From Cyanidioschyzon merolae (taxonomy: Eukaryota), in NCBI GenBank assembly GCA_000091205.1, contig AP006492.2: a DNA stretch of 64,000 nt; one strand, written 5' to 3'. The notes beneath the pieces were generated by a model. That model had not been told where the DNA came from and made no database searches. It saw nothing but the letters and a program-made list of their open reading frames with translations. How positions within the stretch are numbered: position 1 is the stretch's first letter; every line of letters begins with the position of its first letter. Below are positions 10,691 to 22,372 of this stretch, one piece after another. The translations under genes and the position numbers were made by a program.

Positions 10691-11022
10691 GTCCTTGTAC
10701 GAATGGAATCCTCTACGCACGAGACAGGGTCCGTGTCCGCGATGCACGCTTCGGGGCTTGGACGGTGTATCGAGTGCAAGGCGAACACAGTGGGCACTTG
10801 CTGTGCACATACACATGCGTCGCCGTTCTTGCGCTTTCAGAAACATAAGCCAAGGATAGATACAGTTGTGCAGATGCTGGGTGCAAGAGGCGCCGCAGCA
10901 GGTCACGCTCTGATACCACGCTTGAGCTGTGCATAGCAACCCATCTTTACAGCGCAATGACGGTGGACACGTCTCGGTATCGCGTGCGCTTCGCGCTCGC
11001 TACCGCGCTAGGTCCAAGCATC

Positions 11023-14000
11023 CTAGCCATCCCCGGGAAACACGCATGGAAGCATCCGGTGCCCCAGGGTGAAGAGCATGCCCCTGCGACGATACCGCTC
11101 GGTGCACACTGGCGGCGGATCACGCTTCCAGCCGCCTTTTTCAGTATAAAACGAGTCGAGTGACGTAATGGCCGAGTCCGTACGGTGTAGTGACGCAATC
11201 TGTTCGGCTGCAACTGATTCGGCGAGCACTTGCCGCAGCGAGCCTTCCTCTTCAGTGCGAGCCTGCGTTTTGCGCGGCATGGCGGCCTCTCGATGCGCCT
11301 GCTGCTTCCGTTTTTGCGCGTTTCGGAATGCTTCCATGCGTTGTCGAAAGCGTGCAAACAAAAGCATCCGCCGGCCGGTTGGCGCGCAATGCTGCATCCT
11401 TGTGCCTGTCGCCGTTTCAGGTGCCTGCTCCAGTGGATGGAGCTGGCGGCGTGAGAATGACACGCTGTGCCATACATCGTTCATGAAGACACCGATCGAT
11501 GGGATCACGGCCTTGTCGGTGGCGAAGCCACGTTGCAAATACATCAACAAATCCTCAAAGGGAATCTCCGGGGAGAGCCTGCCCGCGTGTTCTGCTCGCT
11601 TCAACAACGTCAGCGTCGCGCGATGGAGAACCTTGACGTGGCCGTCGAGGAGCAGCGCGTCCCAGACGCGGCTCACGAGCGGAAACGGGAAATTGTACAG
11701 GAGAGCGGTAAGGTACCATTTGTCCGCGAACATCATGGGCGTAATACCTTTCGCCTCAAGCAGGCGTGCAGTCCGGGGCAGTTTCCGATGCAGAAGCCAA
11801 GCGAACGCCTCTACGCTCTGACATAGACGAGTAAACCCCGGAAGAAAAAACTCCCGAAACTGCAACGCTCCCTGCATAAACTGCACAAGCATGAAAAAGC
11901 AGCGCTCCTCGCTGCCGCCCGCGTATATGTACAGCGCTCCGGTGATGCTCGACATGCCCTGGCAGTAGCCCACGGCCGGATCCAGACAGGCATAAGCTCG
12001 CAGAATGTTGCGCAAGGCGCCAAGTCCCAGGGCTGCCCCACCGCGCCAGAACAATCGATGGTTGCAGAACGTCCTCGTGACGTCTCGGTCGATGATATCG
12101 AGCACTTCACGCGGCACTGGACCGCTTCCCGGGGCCGGCATGGTACTCGCTGCTGCACCACCACGGCTTCCAGTGGTGTCAGCGCGGGACGAGTCCGGTG
12201 CCGCAGTAGCCTTGCGCAAAAGCGTGCGGTACCAGTTGGGCGGCGACCGACCCCGTCGGCGCTCTACCTCCAAGAACAGAGGCCAAAAATACTTTCTCAG
12301 GCGATCGGGGATGCCACAACGACGCACCAGTCTCTGCGTTCGTCGAAAGAGCTCCGGGGGGCAGCGCGGCTCGTCGCTTTCATTGAATCTCCGCCACGCT
12401 CGCAGCAGTTCTAGCCAGGTCGAGGGCGGCTCGCTCGGTATCCGCTGCGTGTGTGCAAACATGGATGCACAGCAAAGACGCCGCCCGGGGCCCACGCTTT
12501 CGGTGTCAAGAGTCTCTGGTGCGGCTGGTACCACGGACGCCTTCTCGTCTATGGGCGTCGCTCCTGGTCGTGGTGCACGCGCGGCTTCACCAGCTGGCTC
12601 TGCGCCCGAAAGCGAATGACTGTGTCGGCTGCTAGTTCTTCGAAGCAGTCGTGCCGGGGCCGCCTCGATCGACGCAGAATCCAGGGTAGCGGTTAACTGA
12701 TCTTTTGTGTTGCGCGGCGCACTTGTTGTAGCAGCGGTGGGCGTATCCGGCCCGGCAGCATCGGATGCAGCAGCCCCCGTGCGGGCCGAGGCCTCCGTTT
12801 GCTGCCGAGCGGACTCGCTGCTTTCGAGACGCTCCGCAAGCTGCAAAGCGTCCTCGATAGCTGTCGAGGCCTCGGGAGCAGCCGCGGTCGCATCCCTACC
12901 TTCCAGTCCAGCTGCGAATGGCCGCCAAGGGCGACGACTCCGCCAGTCAAGCCGGCGGGCCCGCATCCGCAGCGACGCTCTTCTTTCCGACTGGGTTCCG
13001 CGACTCGAACTCCGACGGCGACCAGCGGCGTGCTGTTCTGGTGTCTGCACCAGCGGATCATCATCCAAAAGCTGTGACTCTGGTCTATTCGTCACCAGAA
13101 AACCGAAACAGTCTTCCCACTTGCCCGCCAGGACGCATGCTGCATCCGTCGCGAGCATCGATAGCGGAATCTCGCCCAGTTCACTGTACCGTCGTGCCGC
13201 TACAGCGAGGAAAGCGCCCAGCCCTGCTTGACGCCAAAGTCGATGCAGCGCGCCAAAGCGGGGCTCGTTCGTGGCTCGAATCGTGTCAAACGCTTTCTTC
13301 ATAATGAGAGGTGGAAAGCGCATACAGAACGAGGACCTATCCATGATATCGTTGCGGAGCACGAAGGCAAACGCTGGTAAGACCAGGGAGGTCGAAAACG
13401 CCAGGTACAGCGGATCAGCTGCTGTGGCGGCCATCGACTCGGGATTCGGGCGCGACACAGCCGCGCAGCTCTCGAGTACATGTAGAAATGCATACGCGGC
13501 AGCGTGGTATGGAAAGTCGCTCAGGATTAGTGCTTGCTCATCGGCATCCGACATTATGGGGCATCGCGAAAGCGCCATCGACGGGTGCCGCACCTGACAA
13601 GCGGCATGAATGTTGGCACTCGGCTCCGGGATCGTCGTCGATGAATCTTCAGCAGGCAGCAGAACGCTGTGTCGATATGGCTTGGTATAGAGATACCGCG
13701 GCGCTGACGCTAATGGTGATTCTGGTGCTGTTGGAAATTGCACTGGTGTCGCTGCTTCTTCGATTCTACCGTCGGTGTTGCCCTCCGCAAGTCTCACGAC
13801 CCGTTGTGATGCTGTTCGCAAACACGAGGAAGCATCGGACCGGTTGGCGGCTGCCAAAACCCGCGCGTATTCGAACGCATCCCAGAACTCTGCTTCGTTC
13901 GGATCCGTCGCCAGCGATGGGTCGATGAAACCCTCCGCATCGTGACTATCCCAAGACTGCTCACTTCCTACGTCATCGTCCGTGGCGCCGGGTGTCACCG

Positions 14001-15027
14001 GCGAACAGTTTGGCGACTCTACCAGCGCATCGATCGCTTTTTCGCTTGTGCGTCTATGCGACTGCCGTTTCGAGCGTTGCCGTTGACCATGATGCCCGGC
14101 GCTCGACACGTTTCGCCCGTCAGCGGTTTGGTGTTGCATGAGCTTCGTAAAGTACCGTAGAATACGACCATCTGCAGCACCAAGGACGATGCCAGCAAGG
14201 AATTGCAGCACTTTGCGTCCGTTTGGCGAATTGCATGCATCTGTTGCAGAACAGCACAACGTGAGCACATCTTGGGGTATGCGCGTCACAAGCTGCGCAC
14301 AAACACTCACAGCCGCCAGCTCGAGGTCACTCTCCGTGTGCTCCCTCGCCTCGGTCGGGTCATCGCAGCTGGCCGCTGTCTGCGACACGGGGCCAGCGCC
14401 GAGCGCCACAGGCCACGGCACACGATCAGCGCGCCGGGTTCGAGATTTGAGTTCGTATAGTTTAAATGCTTCATAGCGTGAGCGCAGGCGCCAATTGCGA
14501 GCACTGAGGCTGAGGAATCCGAGAGCGAACTCGCCACTCGGAGCTCGTTCTGCAGAGGATTGCTCGTGTCGGCGCGTGAACTCCTCAGCAAGCAGCACTG
14601 CGACTCGGGTGGCCTCAGACGGCTTCAACGATAAGATTTTCAGGTTCTCGAGGAGCGCGCACAACTGTGAAGCCAGAGAGCTGTCCACATCCTCGGCCGC
14701 GGTGCCCGCTGTACGAAGGCGCTCCAGCGTGGTGACCAGGCGTGCTGTCAGCGCTGGGGAACTCCTCGAGGCAAAAGCCTCTGAATTCATCAGCGACCCG
14801 CCCGTTACAGCGTAGCTTGTCCACAGCTCCGCACGCGGCCAGGAAACCGACCTAGTTGAGGACTGTAGTGAGCCCCGCTGACACGCTTTGAAAACGCCCA
14901 GCAAAGCTAAGCGCTCGTGGGTGCGCTTCTGAGCCCTACCGCCCTGAATCCTGGTTCCCAGTGAGCACAAAGGTGCACCCGAGTCGCTCACGAGCAACAC
15001 CGGTTCGACTGTCACCAGACGAAACAC
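11023..15027 (-). CDS. TBC-domain Rab GTPase-activating protein (1334 aa)
   Basis: The TBC catalytic core reads IDRDVTRTF, carrying the Arg finger, ... VGYCQGMSSITGALYIY with the YxQ Gln finger ... MFADKWYLTALLYNFPF. It is one continuous ORF. All plus-strand ORFs from 11168 to 14815 are antisense artefacts of this gene. Confidence 0.8.
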   Translation of the reverse strand: MFRLVTVEPVLLVSDSGAPLCSLGTRIQGGRAQKRTHERLALLGVFKACQRGSLQSSTRSVSWPRAELWTSYAVTGGSLMNSEAFASRSSPALTARLVTTLERLRTAGTAAEDVDSSLASQLCALLENLKILSLKPSEATRVAVLLAEEFTRRHEQSSAERAPSGEFALGFLSLSARNWRLRSRYEAFKLYELKSRTRRADRVPWPVALGAGPVSQTAASCDDPTEAREHTESDLELAAVSVCAQLVTRIPQDVLTLCCSATDACNSPNGRKVLQFLAGIVLGAADGRILRYFTKLMQHQTADGRNVSSAGHHGQRQRSKRQSHRRTSEKAIDALVESPNCSPVTPGATDDDVGSEQSWDSHDAEGFIDPSLATDPNEAEFWDAFEYARVLAAANRSDASSCLRTASQRVVRLAEGNTDGRIEEAATPVQFPTAPESPLASAPRYLYTKPYRHSVLLPAEDSSTTIPEPSANIHAACQVRHPSMALSRCPIMSDADEQALILSDFPYHAAAYAFLHVLESCAAVSRPNPESMAATAADPLYLAFSTSLVLPAFAFVLRNDIMDRSSFCMRFPPLIMKKAFDTIRATNEPRFGALHRLWRQAGLGAFLAVAARRYSELGEIPLSMLATDAACVLAGKWEDCFGFLVTNRPESQLLDDDPLVQTPEQHAAGRRRSSSRGTQSERRASLRMRARRLDWRSRRPWRPFAAGLEGRDATAAAPEASTAIEDALQLAERLESSESARQQTEASARTGAAASDAAGPDTPTAATTSAPRNTKDQLTATLDSASIEAAPARLLRRTSSRHSHSLSGAEPAGEAARAPRPGATPIDEKASVVPAAPETLDTESVGPGRRLCCASMFAHTQRIPSEPPSTWLELLRAWRRFNESDEPRCPPELFRRTQRLVRRCGIPDRLRKYFWPLFLEVERRRGRSPPNWYRTLLRKATAAPDSSRADTTGSRGGAAASTMPAPGSGPVPREVLDIIDRDVTRTFCNHRLFWRGGAALGLGALRNILRAYACLDPAVGYCQGMSSITGALYIYAGGSEERCFFMLVQFMQGALQFREFFLPGFTRLCQSVEAFAWLLHRKLPRTARLLEAKGITPMMFADKWYLTALLYNFPFPLVSRVWDALLLDGHVKVLHRATLTLLKRAEHAGRLSPEIPFEDLLMYLQRGFATDKAVIPSIGVFMNDVWHSVSFSRRQLHPLEQAPETATGTRMQHCAPTGRRMLLFARFRQRMEAFRNAQKRKQQAHREAAMPRKTQARTEEEGSLRQVLAESVAAEQIASLHRTDSAITSLDSFYTEKGGWKRDPPPVCTERYRRRGMLFTLGHRMLPCVFPGDG

Positions 15028-15028
15028 C

Positions 15029-15046
15029 TGTGTGTGTGTGTGTGTG
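15029..15046. repeat. (TG)9 microsatellite abutting the TBC gene start codon
   Basis: 'ctgtgtgtgtgtgtgtgtgc' is seen directly in the sequence. Confidence 0.8.
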
Positions 15047-17329
15047 CTGCAGTCAAAAGCACGTCCAGCTCGGTGCGGTGAAATCTGTCGCTCCGGGACA
15101 AGTGTTGCGCTAGATTGGCCCGCTTGTGAGCGAAACGGCCAGTCGTCAATCGCGCAGATTGTCCACTATGGGTGTCAATGGGCAGTTACGTGGCGCGGTG
15201 CTGTCGAAGCCGAGACGCGATTATCTGGCGGTGCCAAACATAGCTCCTATGTCCGTTAGGATCATATAGTTCCATAAATGCACTTTCCGCGATGCGCTTG
15301 GATCATGGACGTGCCTCCGGGGCGGGGGCGTATCGCGCGTTCGCGCTGGTGCCCCTCGAGCGCTGGTTCCGTTCTGCGGTACGCAGCGAGGCATCTGAAC
15401 GCGAGTCCGATCGATGCGGAACTCGGACACGTTCGCTCTGTTCCCGCGACTTGGTTTGTTCTCCGAAAATTTTCTAGATGCATAGTCCTGAAATTTGATG
15501 CGCAGCGAAAATCTATTATGGACTCATATGCAGTTCTCAGATGCTCGAACGTATTTTCGGATTAGGTTCTGTTGACGTTCTGCGACTGCTGGCAAGCGAT
15601 GCGTGACCGGAATCGAGATGATTCGCGGCGCACTCGAGCAAGGATTCATGAAATAGCTAATATTGCTGTGCAATGCATACGTTTTGGCGTTTACCTCTCT
15701 CCCTTTCTTACGTTTAACATGCGCACTTCGCACATTCATCGACGTTTGGATCTTTCTCTTTCAAGGCCAGTCGCGGGCGCAACGAAGCGCGGCCATGGAT
15801 TGACGCAGACAGCTACTGAAAATCGTCTGTAAACGACTTGCTCTCCAGCTCATCAAGAGAATTTGCAGAATGTGTCATGTCCAATAGCAATCTCCATTCG
15901 AAACACATACCTTCATTTGGTACAGGTTATCTGCAACACCGCATTTGGCAGCTGCATGATGGCTCTCACGAGATACGCTTCAAGAGGTTCGCGTCGCTTT
16001 TCTTTGTATGCAAAGGAGTGCTGCGCTCGAAATTTGGACATCGCAACGATGCTCTTCGGTAAACAGACCGTCACCGATATGTTGGAATGAAGTACCGACA
16101 GACTGAAATTTTATGGTTTGTTCCCTAGGCTGTTTGTTCCTTCCAGCACTTGTTTCATCCTGGAGAACATTGTGTTTTACGAATCCTCTATTGAATGAAA
16201 CAGCAAGCAGTCGCTTGTGCAAGTCGCAGAGACAACGCAGATACCTGCTGCATGCGCGGAAACATTGCAAGGCATTGCATGGCGCCACGTGCACCAGTCA
16301 AAGGCACGTATCGACCGATCATAGGAGCGTTCACGAGCCACCGGGTGCTGGTCAGATGAGCGGAGGGTTTCGCGGAAATGCGGGAACACCCGCACACAGT
16401 CAAGCCACCGCTGCGAAGACGCACCGATGCAGTATACAAAGATAGAGAGAATGACAAACGAAGCATAGATAGGGGCGGGTGACTCTGCATGAAATGCGTT
16501 GACCACAAGCGGAAGCAGCTCAGTGGGGACGTTAACGCTGCCATCAAGATTCCGCCAATGCTGATAGCGGAACTGGTGGGAATGCAGTTACCAACGTATT
16601 CGAATATGGAGACTCGTATGCGAAAAACAAGGTACAGTGGCAGCGGAACCCTGCAAACACCAGTATTGGTGCTAGAGCGCAGAAACAAAACCTATATTGT
16701 GTACGCCCGACTCTGCGAACCTGCTCTATGTTAACCGAACACGGCAGTATCCAGAATCCCTGAATGCGCTGCTGCGGTATGCAAGCCAATGAAACAGAAA
16801 ATGTCCAACGAGTTTCTAGGGTAAATGAATGACTACCCGCTGACGCCTTCCAGCCTTTTTCGACCGGCCGCCTGCTGTCAGCTTCAGTTTATCCAGGTAT
16901 ACACTGAGCTCGAGAGGCCGACCGAAAAACCTGCATCGCGTCAGTTTCAGAGGTCTCGTCTTCAGCACCGCACATCATCTGATACTGATTGCACCTTTCA
17001 AAGTCTCGGTTCATGAGCTCCTTGCGTTTTTACTGCCGCCGGCAGAATTCACCAGCGCAAGGACTCGTCGAACTCGTGCCCTCGGTGCCATTTCCCGCCC
17101 TGCCAGCTCTCTGTGCTTTTCTGTCGCCAAAACGGTCCGCTGGCTTCTCTCCATCTCGAACTTCAAAAGTGTACACCCTGGTTCATTCCTTATTCATGAA
17201 AATGAATGCACCCCTTTAAGCACTCGGGTGAGGAATTTCGCAGCAGGAGAGGCACTCGCGGAAGACAGACAAAATGTGCCCTGGCGTCACCGTGTCTTGA
17301 ACGCCTCGGCGATTCGTACAATGGACCGA

Positions 17330-18150
17330 TCAACGCGTTTCACCATAGAAACCACTCCTCTTTATAGCGTTGAATCTCGGAGAGGACGGAAGAGTGAAAA
17401 GCAGCTGCACCCCGATAGAATCCGGAAAAGCCCAAACGCAAAGTGAATGCTGAAATACTACGTTGTACAGTAGAAGAACGTCGCCAGAGGTCCGGGGAAA
17501 AGTCTTTAACGAGTCGACAGCATTGCTGCTGTTCTACGAGACTTCTTTACAAGCGAAACTGAGGCCACCAAATGGATCCACTGCTGCTAGAATAGAAGAT
17601 GATAACCTGTATCTCTTCGAGTTCGGTCATAGACACAACGGGCTCCCTCTCTGCAAATACCCATGGACGTTCCGACCGTATCCTCTGAAGCAAGTCTCAT
17701 ACACTGAAAAAAATAATCGACGTTTCTCTGCATCATAGCGATCGCGACGTTTCAGGAACGCTGTCGCTGCGATTTCTGTGGAAGACAGTCGTGCGTGAAC
17801 GCGGACTTTGTTGTGACTGTATCCCAGTGTTTTGAGTACCACGTGAACAAGCTGTTGAGAAACAGAGACACTTGCTGTGTCTACGATCGTTGGTTTTACT
17901 TTCCATATGCTGATCAACGGTTCGTTTTCTATCATTGACGATGAGCAGTCTTTCATAATATTTTTTGCGCAAAGCGCATCTACATGTGCCTTTCAGTAAT
18001 CCTCAACCATCTAAGCACTATGATATGACTCACCTGAACAAGAAATACAGTCCTCCTTGCACAGTTTCGCACAGAATACATCCTAGAGAGATTTCGTCTA
18101 TGATCTGTACGGTACATTGCATTGTGGAGTCGATCGCCTGCTATCCACCA
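17330..18150 (+). repeat. Dispersed repeat family R2, copy 2
   Basis: It is homologous to 1-745 (see copy 1) and carries an internal insertion of about 70 bp relative to copy 1. It sits in the low-GC block 15.4-18.2 kb. Confidence 0.5.
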
Positions 18151-18364
18151 TAGAATGGGTGGAGCAGTCTTGAGTTGAAAAAATTTTGGCTAGACATCTA
18201 CGGATATAACAGCACATAACAGTCATCGTTTTCGAGATCGAACGCGCGATCGCCTGGAACGCATCAGTCTCTGCACTGGTGTGTAGCGTCAGATTCTATG
18301 ATAGACGTTCACCTCTGTACGTTGGTGCAGCGTTGCAGCGATCGCACGCAGCAACTGCTTATCG

Positions 18365-19096
18365 ATGAAGTTGCACACGTTTCGGTGGATGAGTACTCAG
18401 GGTCCAGAGGTAACGTTTGGGCAGGAGTGTTCGCGGAACCCGGAGCGCTCGGTTGCGTTTACGACGGGAGCGAGCTCGAGCGTGCGGTTCCTGGTCGCGC
18501 GCCCTTCACCACCAGCGCCTGCGCTGGCGCAGCGGGCCCGCAACCGCAGCGCTACTCGCTCAACGTCTGGAGCACGCTTTGCGTTGCCCCGCAGAGTCGC
18601 CTGTCACGGTGTGCAAGAACGAAGACGACTGCTCACGTGCCTGGCTGGACAGCCGGATAGAGCGCGGCACGAGTCCGAGGACAACTCGAACGCAGGCGGT
18701 GCGCCTGCCGATAAAACCGGCAACACCGGCGGAAGCATACCACAGCGCAATCCACAACATCAAGTACCAAAAAGCTTGATCGACTGGAACGAAGAATGGA
18801 AGGCGTTCGTGAGTGAGGGAAAAATCGACTGGAGCCAGCTGCCCCGGGAACGGCCGGCGCCAACCGTCTGGACACGCAGCTCTGCCCGAGTGCGCCAACT
18901 ATGGTCGCAGTTTAGAGCGAGAACACCTACCTGGCGAGAGGTTTCTCGTGATTGGCGCTTCTGGGTTGCGCTGCTGATCACGCTGTCAGTGCTGAGTTCG
19001 GTATGGACGTATTCTGACGTCTCGCATCATGAGTCGATCCCGCCAGGCGTGAGGGCCGCACTCGAAAACCTCACAGTACTCTACGCACTGGTCTGA
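18365..19096 (+). CDS. Hypothetical protein with a C-terminal transmembrane segment (FWVALLITLSVLSSVW)
   Basis: The ORF has host-like GC and begins about 215 bp downstream of R2 copy 2. No recognisable domain is present, so this is a weak call. Confidence 0.25.
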   Translation: MKLHTFRWMSTQGPEVTFGQECSRNPERSVAFTTGASSSVRFLVARPSPPAPALAQRARNRSATRSTSGARFALPRRVACHGVQERRRLLTCLAGQPDRARHESEDNSNAGGAPADKTGNTGGSIPQRNPQHQVPKSLIDWNEEWKAFVSEGKIDWSQLPRERPAPTVWTRSSARVRQLWSQFRARTPTWREVSRDWRFWVALLITLSVLSSVWTYSDVSHHESIPPGVRAALENLTVLYALV

Positions 19097-19249
19097 GGCG
19101 TAACGTCTCGGACACGTTCGGCACCAGACAGGTGTATCTGTACGGTATCTTCGAATGGTTCGATCGTGCTGCAGGATGCTGAAAAAAACGATTGGTTTTG
19201 TGCTGTGGAGCCAATTGACGAAATTCATTACAGCGATTCCAGGACATCA

Positions 19250-20580
19250 TAGCTTTGTAGGGCGCAGAATTCTGGAAGCTGCGATCGCGACCCAGATCGG
19301 ATGGAGAACCATAACCGGATACGAACGACCTCTTTTCCTAAACAGTACATCTCGTGGCCGTATCCGGCTGACGCAGGGGGTGGCTTTGATTTTGCGAGCG
19401 CTCATACAAGTAGTGCATGCGCAGCACTGGTTGTCGACAGATACCAACAGCGATGCGTCGCACTGTTGTGCAGCGTGCTGCCCCGGTATCCGCGTCATTG
19501 CAGATACCGCTGAACCCGGGAGTGGAGTGACCGGTACGTTATGGTGAGGATCGCGCTTACCCGGAACACAAAGAATCCTGCAATTCATGACAAGGGGCGG
19601 CGTCTGTGCGTACATATCCATGTCCAAAGCGAGAGCACTTGCCTCCAAGCCATAATTTTGTGTCCAGAAATCGCATCCGTGGTCTACAGCAGACGCGGAT
19701 AAGCGCAAGCGTCGAGACGCTGGCTTGACTCTATACCGGAACTACAACCTCGCATACACATGCAAGTACTGGTGGGAGGCGCTGGAATTCCCGGGACTTG
19801 CTCGAGGTACCCAGTGGCTCGCGAAAATCCGCGTTGATGGCTTCTGGCTACCAGCACGGGCTCTAAGCCGTATAGGGACACTGGAATCGCACTGGGAATC
19901 ACACTGTCCCTGCTATCGAGACGAAATCCCCGAGACGCTGACATATTTAGGCTTACAGTGCCCGCGCTGGAAGCAGGAGCGCAGCGAGCTCCTTGCAGGA
20001 CAGCAGCAGCTGGACATCACCGTGATAGGCGAAGGCCGGACAATCACTTTGAGTGCAGCACTGGCAACTGATGGTCCGCTAACCGAGCCTCAACGCTCAT
20101 TCGTGGCCAATAAACTCACATGCTACCTTCTAGGCAGCAGGTCCAGCGAAGCGGATGCGTACACGGGCACAGTGCGCTTTCTGCGCCTACCTTCTGTGGT
20201 GGGTGTCAAGCACAAATCCGCATTTCCAACCGACAACAACGCATTCCATGCATGATCACCAAGGAGGGAGGCGACTCCCTCGATTTATCCTAACAGCCAA
20301 GTTTCTCCAGCGTGTTGTGCAGCGAAGGCAAGCCTGCATCCGCAGACTGTCCGAGCACACACTGACGACGAGACCCGATTCTACGTCGGGTGAACCACGC
20401 CTTGAGCCGACGCCCTCTGGGGTATAGAAAAGCCGTTCTGTCTCTATGATGCATCTGTACCAAAGGTAAAGACGCCATTGCGGACTATCTTGGCAGGCAT
20501 TAGGTGTGCGATAGAACGTTTGAGACGACCAGTATATCCGAGAAAAAGTATAGGTAATGTAACTTGGACGCATTGGGTAG
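19250..20580 (+). mobile_element. 5'-truncated non-LTR (LINE-like) retrotransposon 3' fragment, terminating in the R1 tail module
   Basis: ORF 19725..20255 contains HWESHCPCYRDEIPETLTYLGLQCPRWKQER, which resembles the C-terminal zf-RVT (C-x2-C ... ET..H....CP) motif of non-LTR ORF2 proteins. An upstream ORF contains a degenerate YPADAGGG that is possibly derived from the YADD box. The 3' 350 bp carry the R1 core 'ccttgagccgacgccctctggggtatagaaaagccgttctgtc' and the R1 tail 'gaccagtatatccgagaaaaagtataggtaatgtaac'. Confidence 0.35.
20230..20580 (+). repeat. R1 repeat, copy b (LINE-3' variant with an alternative head)
   Basis: Its core and tail are shared with R1d/e/f. The head 'cctaacagccaagtttctccagcgtg' is shared only with copy c ('ttctaactgccaagtgtctccaaggc'). 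Confidence 0.55.
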
Positions 20581-20782
20581 TATGATGAACGATTTCTCGA
20601 TGACCGTTAACCATTCCGCATTCTTCGATCCCTGATCCTTGTGAATGGTTTGTCATCGGAGAACAAAAACCATCCTCGTCAAGTGCACGGCGATTGATTG
20701 TATACAGCATTGCTGGGTGCTTTTCTGCAGCCGTTTGCGGGCAGTAGTTATGTGCTTCGTTTTCACATCGTGATTCTTTATC

Positions 20783-21382
20783 ATGAGCCAGGACTTGACT
20801 GCAGATGAGAAGCGAGTGCTCGCAAGCTTGCGTTCGGCCCGAGCGCAGGCGCTGGCTTGTCGTCAGCAGCTTGTTCTGTTGCAGGAACGGCTGCTCGTAG
20901 CACAGGGCGGTCCAGTGGAAACGCAAGTTTCCAGCAGCCTCGTAACACAATATGGCCTTGTGCTGCGGCTTTATGGTCTAGTATGGGCGGAAGTGCAGCG
21001 TCTCCTGGTCGAGTGCGAGTCGTGGCTCGTTGAGCCGGTTGTAGCATCGAGCCGCGTCCCGGAGCTGCTTCGAACACGACTCGACGTCCGCCTTGAGCAG
21101 TCCGACGAAGCACTCGAACGCGCAGCAGCCCGCTTCCTCACCGAGAGCAAATGGAGCTTGACTGAGCTCGAAATGCAAATCAGGGAACATAGCCAGTGCG
21201 TGCTGACTGCCGGCGAGTCGCTGACCGAGACACTGCGTGCGTTCGAGCTCGACGAACGGTACGTGGGACGGCAGGCGCTCTCACCAAGAGTCGGAGACAG
21301 CGAGCGACTATGGAGTGTTGAGGACCTGCTTCCAACGCTTCGAGCACTAGATTCGGGTTATGCACCGCCAGAAACTGGCTAG
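20783..21382 (+). CDS. Hypothetical coiled-coil protein (199 aa)
   Basis: The ORF has host-like composition and sits 200 bp downstream of R1b. No recognised domain. Confidence 0.3.
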   Translation: MSQDLTADEKRVLASLRSARAQALACRQQLVLLQERLLVAQGGPVETQVSSSLVTQYGLVLRLYGLVWAEVQRLLVECESWLVEPVVASSRVPELLRTRLDVRLEQSDEALERAAARFLTESKWSLTELEMQIREHSQCVLTAGESLTETLRAFELDERYVGRQALSPRVGDSERLWSVEDLLPTLRALDSGYAPPETG

Positions 21383-22372
21383 GATAGCGGGCAACGCCAA
21401 CGAATGCCTCGTTCGATACGAGGCACCCGCTCTCTGGCTTGCCGAGAGAGCCTCCTCTATGCTGCGATGACGTTGTGAACCTGTCGTGTTGACGGAGCAG
21501 ACACAGTCCTGTCACTGGCTGGCGGATACGTGCGCTCGGAACGGAACACGACCAGAAAAACAAACCCGTGGCGAAGCGTACACAGAGGTGGCAGTGTTTT
21601 GCGGCAAGCGCCGTGCATTCGCTCTCGAGCCACGACATCGAGTCCAGTAACTGAATAGATTCTAGAGTGTGCGATTTTGGCGCTAGTGCAATTGCTCTGG
21701 AGCATCGACATCGAGTCCATGAGTTGAGCATCTTCCAGACTATGCAAGTTTCGTGCTAGCTAGTGCGGGCGCTGAACGAGAATCGGAGTCCGCGCTATGC
21801 CGGCATACGAGCCCACGAGCGGGGAAGGCGGTCGACTCCGCGAACACTCTACATGAGCGGTGCCGCACCCGTTCCTGGGAATAGATGCGGAACGACGCGG
21901 TGGTGTCAATACGGTCGACGCGGACTCGGAATGCACGGAATCGGCCTCGTTGTATTCCCTATGAACGAATTCGTGCTTTATCCAAAAATCGACGCCTCGG
22001 GAAGCGCCGTTGCTATGAGGCTACCAGCCGGTAGCACCGGCACAAGCCGGCCACCGGATTTGTGTGCTGTTTGGGGTCAGCGACGGCGGATCCGTCCATG
22101 CGCTTCTTGGCGACGCGCGCTGGAGTTAGGTCCGATGGCGCATGGAGACGGACACCGCGCTGGACGCCCATGGACGGCATGGAAAGCACTTGCCTCGCCA
22201 GGATTTTCGCGAGGGTTCCAGTGGCGCAGTGCTCGCTCGAAACGCCCCTTATAGACACAGATTTGCCCTGTACTCTCGACAGAGCGTTTCGACTCGCATG
22301 TCGTAGTCGGTGCGCGCAGCGGCTCCACGGGCAGGCCACTGTGTGCGCTCCGCGAGCGAACCTCGCACCTGA

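Noticed and set aside
11168-14815. Many 60-220 aa plus-strand ORFs (e.g. 12005..12619, 12707..13231, 13488..13928) overlapping the TBC gene
   Set aside because: They are antisense to a 1334-aa ORF with a clear TBC domain. They are Arg/Ala/Ser-rich with no motifs, which is the typical product of reading GC-rich coding DNA on the wrong strand.
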